A stretch of 64,000 nucleotides of DNA. Source: Chiloscyllium plagiosum (taxonomy: Eukaryota). The notes beneath the pieces are model-generated. The model ran no database searches, was not told where the DNA came from, and worked only from the letters and a program-made list of their open reading frames with translations. The position numbers were made by a program, and so were the translations under genes. Every line of letters starts with the position of its first letter. Within the stretch, counting starts at the first letter, position 1. The stretch spans positions 5,625,474 to 5,689,473 of the forward strand of contig NC_057755.1 of NCBI RefSeq assembly GCF_004010195.1. Direction: 5' to 3'. Positions 63,801-64,000 of the stretch are shown one piece after another.

Positions 63801-64000
63801 TTGTGAAGAGGCCTACACGTAGACAGCCTGGAGACATTGTTTGTATACGGAGCTTGTGGAGAGACCTACACATGGACAGCCTGGAGACATTGTTTGCACA
63901 TGGACTTGTGGACAGGCCTATATGTGGACAGCCTGGAGAGATTGTTTACAACCGTAGCTTGTGAAAAGGCCTATATGTGGATTGCTCTGGAGTGTTTGTT
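54803..64000. repeat. 54-bp tandem satellite, roughly 165-170 diverged copies, running off the window end
   Basis: Consensus read by eye: GGAGAGATTGTTTATATACGGAGCTTGTGGAGAGGCCTACACGTGGATGGCTCT. The ORF track shows 18-aa periodic peptides in several frames. Confidence 0.96.
55478..55721 (-). mobile_element. Internal Tx1-type ORF2 fragment (zinc-binding domain) inside the satellite
   Basis: Minus strand WGSLYAGVLPLSLGDLGWRVLHAAVP*NRRLRWFTDSQPNCLFCGAVESVDHVYIGC (CxxC..H..C). Confidence 0.82.

Noticed and set aside
54803..64000. Satellite as a CRISPR-like array or a real repetitive protein gene
   Set aside because: Units are head-to-tail with no unique spacers and there are no cas genes. ORFs appear in many frames because 54 is a multiple of 3, and stops and frameshifts are scattered throughout.

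Overview
Eukaryotic, repeat-dense vertebrate DNA, most likely from a cartilaginous fish (inferred from HE1-like SINEs, HER1/CR1-like LINEs and the GPR139-like receptor type). No prokaryotic features are present. The only host genes I can support are three tandem, co-oriented, two-exon rhodopsin-class GPCR genes of the GPR139/GPR142-like type. Each has a 67-nt first coding exon and a phase-1 intron in TM1. One is intact (30612-30678 joined to 32898-33784, 317 aa) and two are pseudogenes (8424-10650, 44775-47825). The rest is nested mobile DNA: CR1 LINEs of two families, a full-length degraded L1 inserted in an ERV LTR, Tx1 and Rex1-type fragments, Penelope-like elements carrying minimal hammerhead-ribozyme motifs, and three retroviral pol remnants (two epsilon/gamma-like, one spuma/loki-like). 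A 54-bp satellite fills 54.8-64 kb. There are four assembly gaps. Family assignments come from recognising motifs by eye, not from database searches, and most repeat boundaries are approximate (tens of bp).
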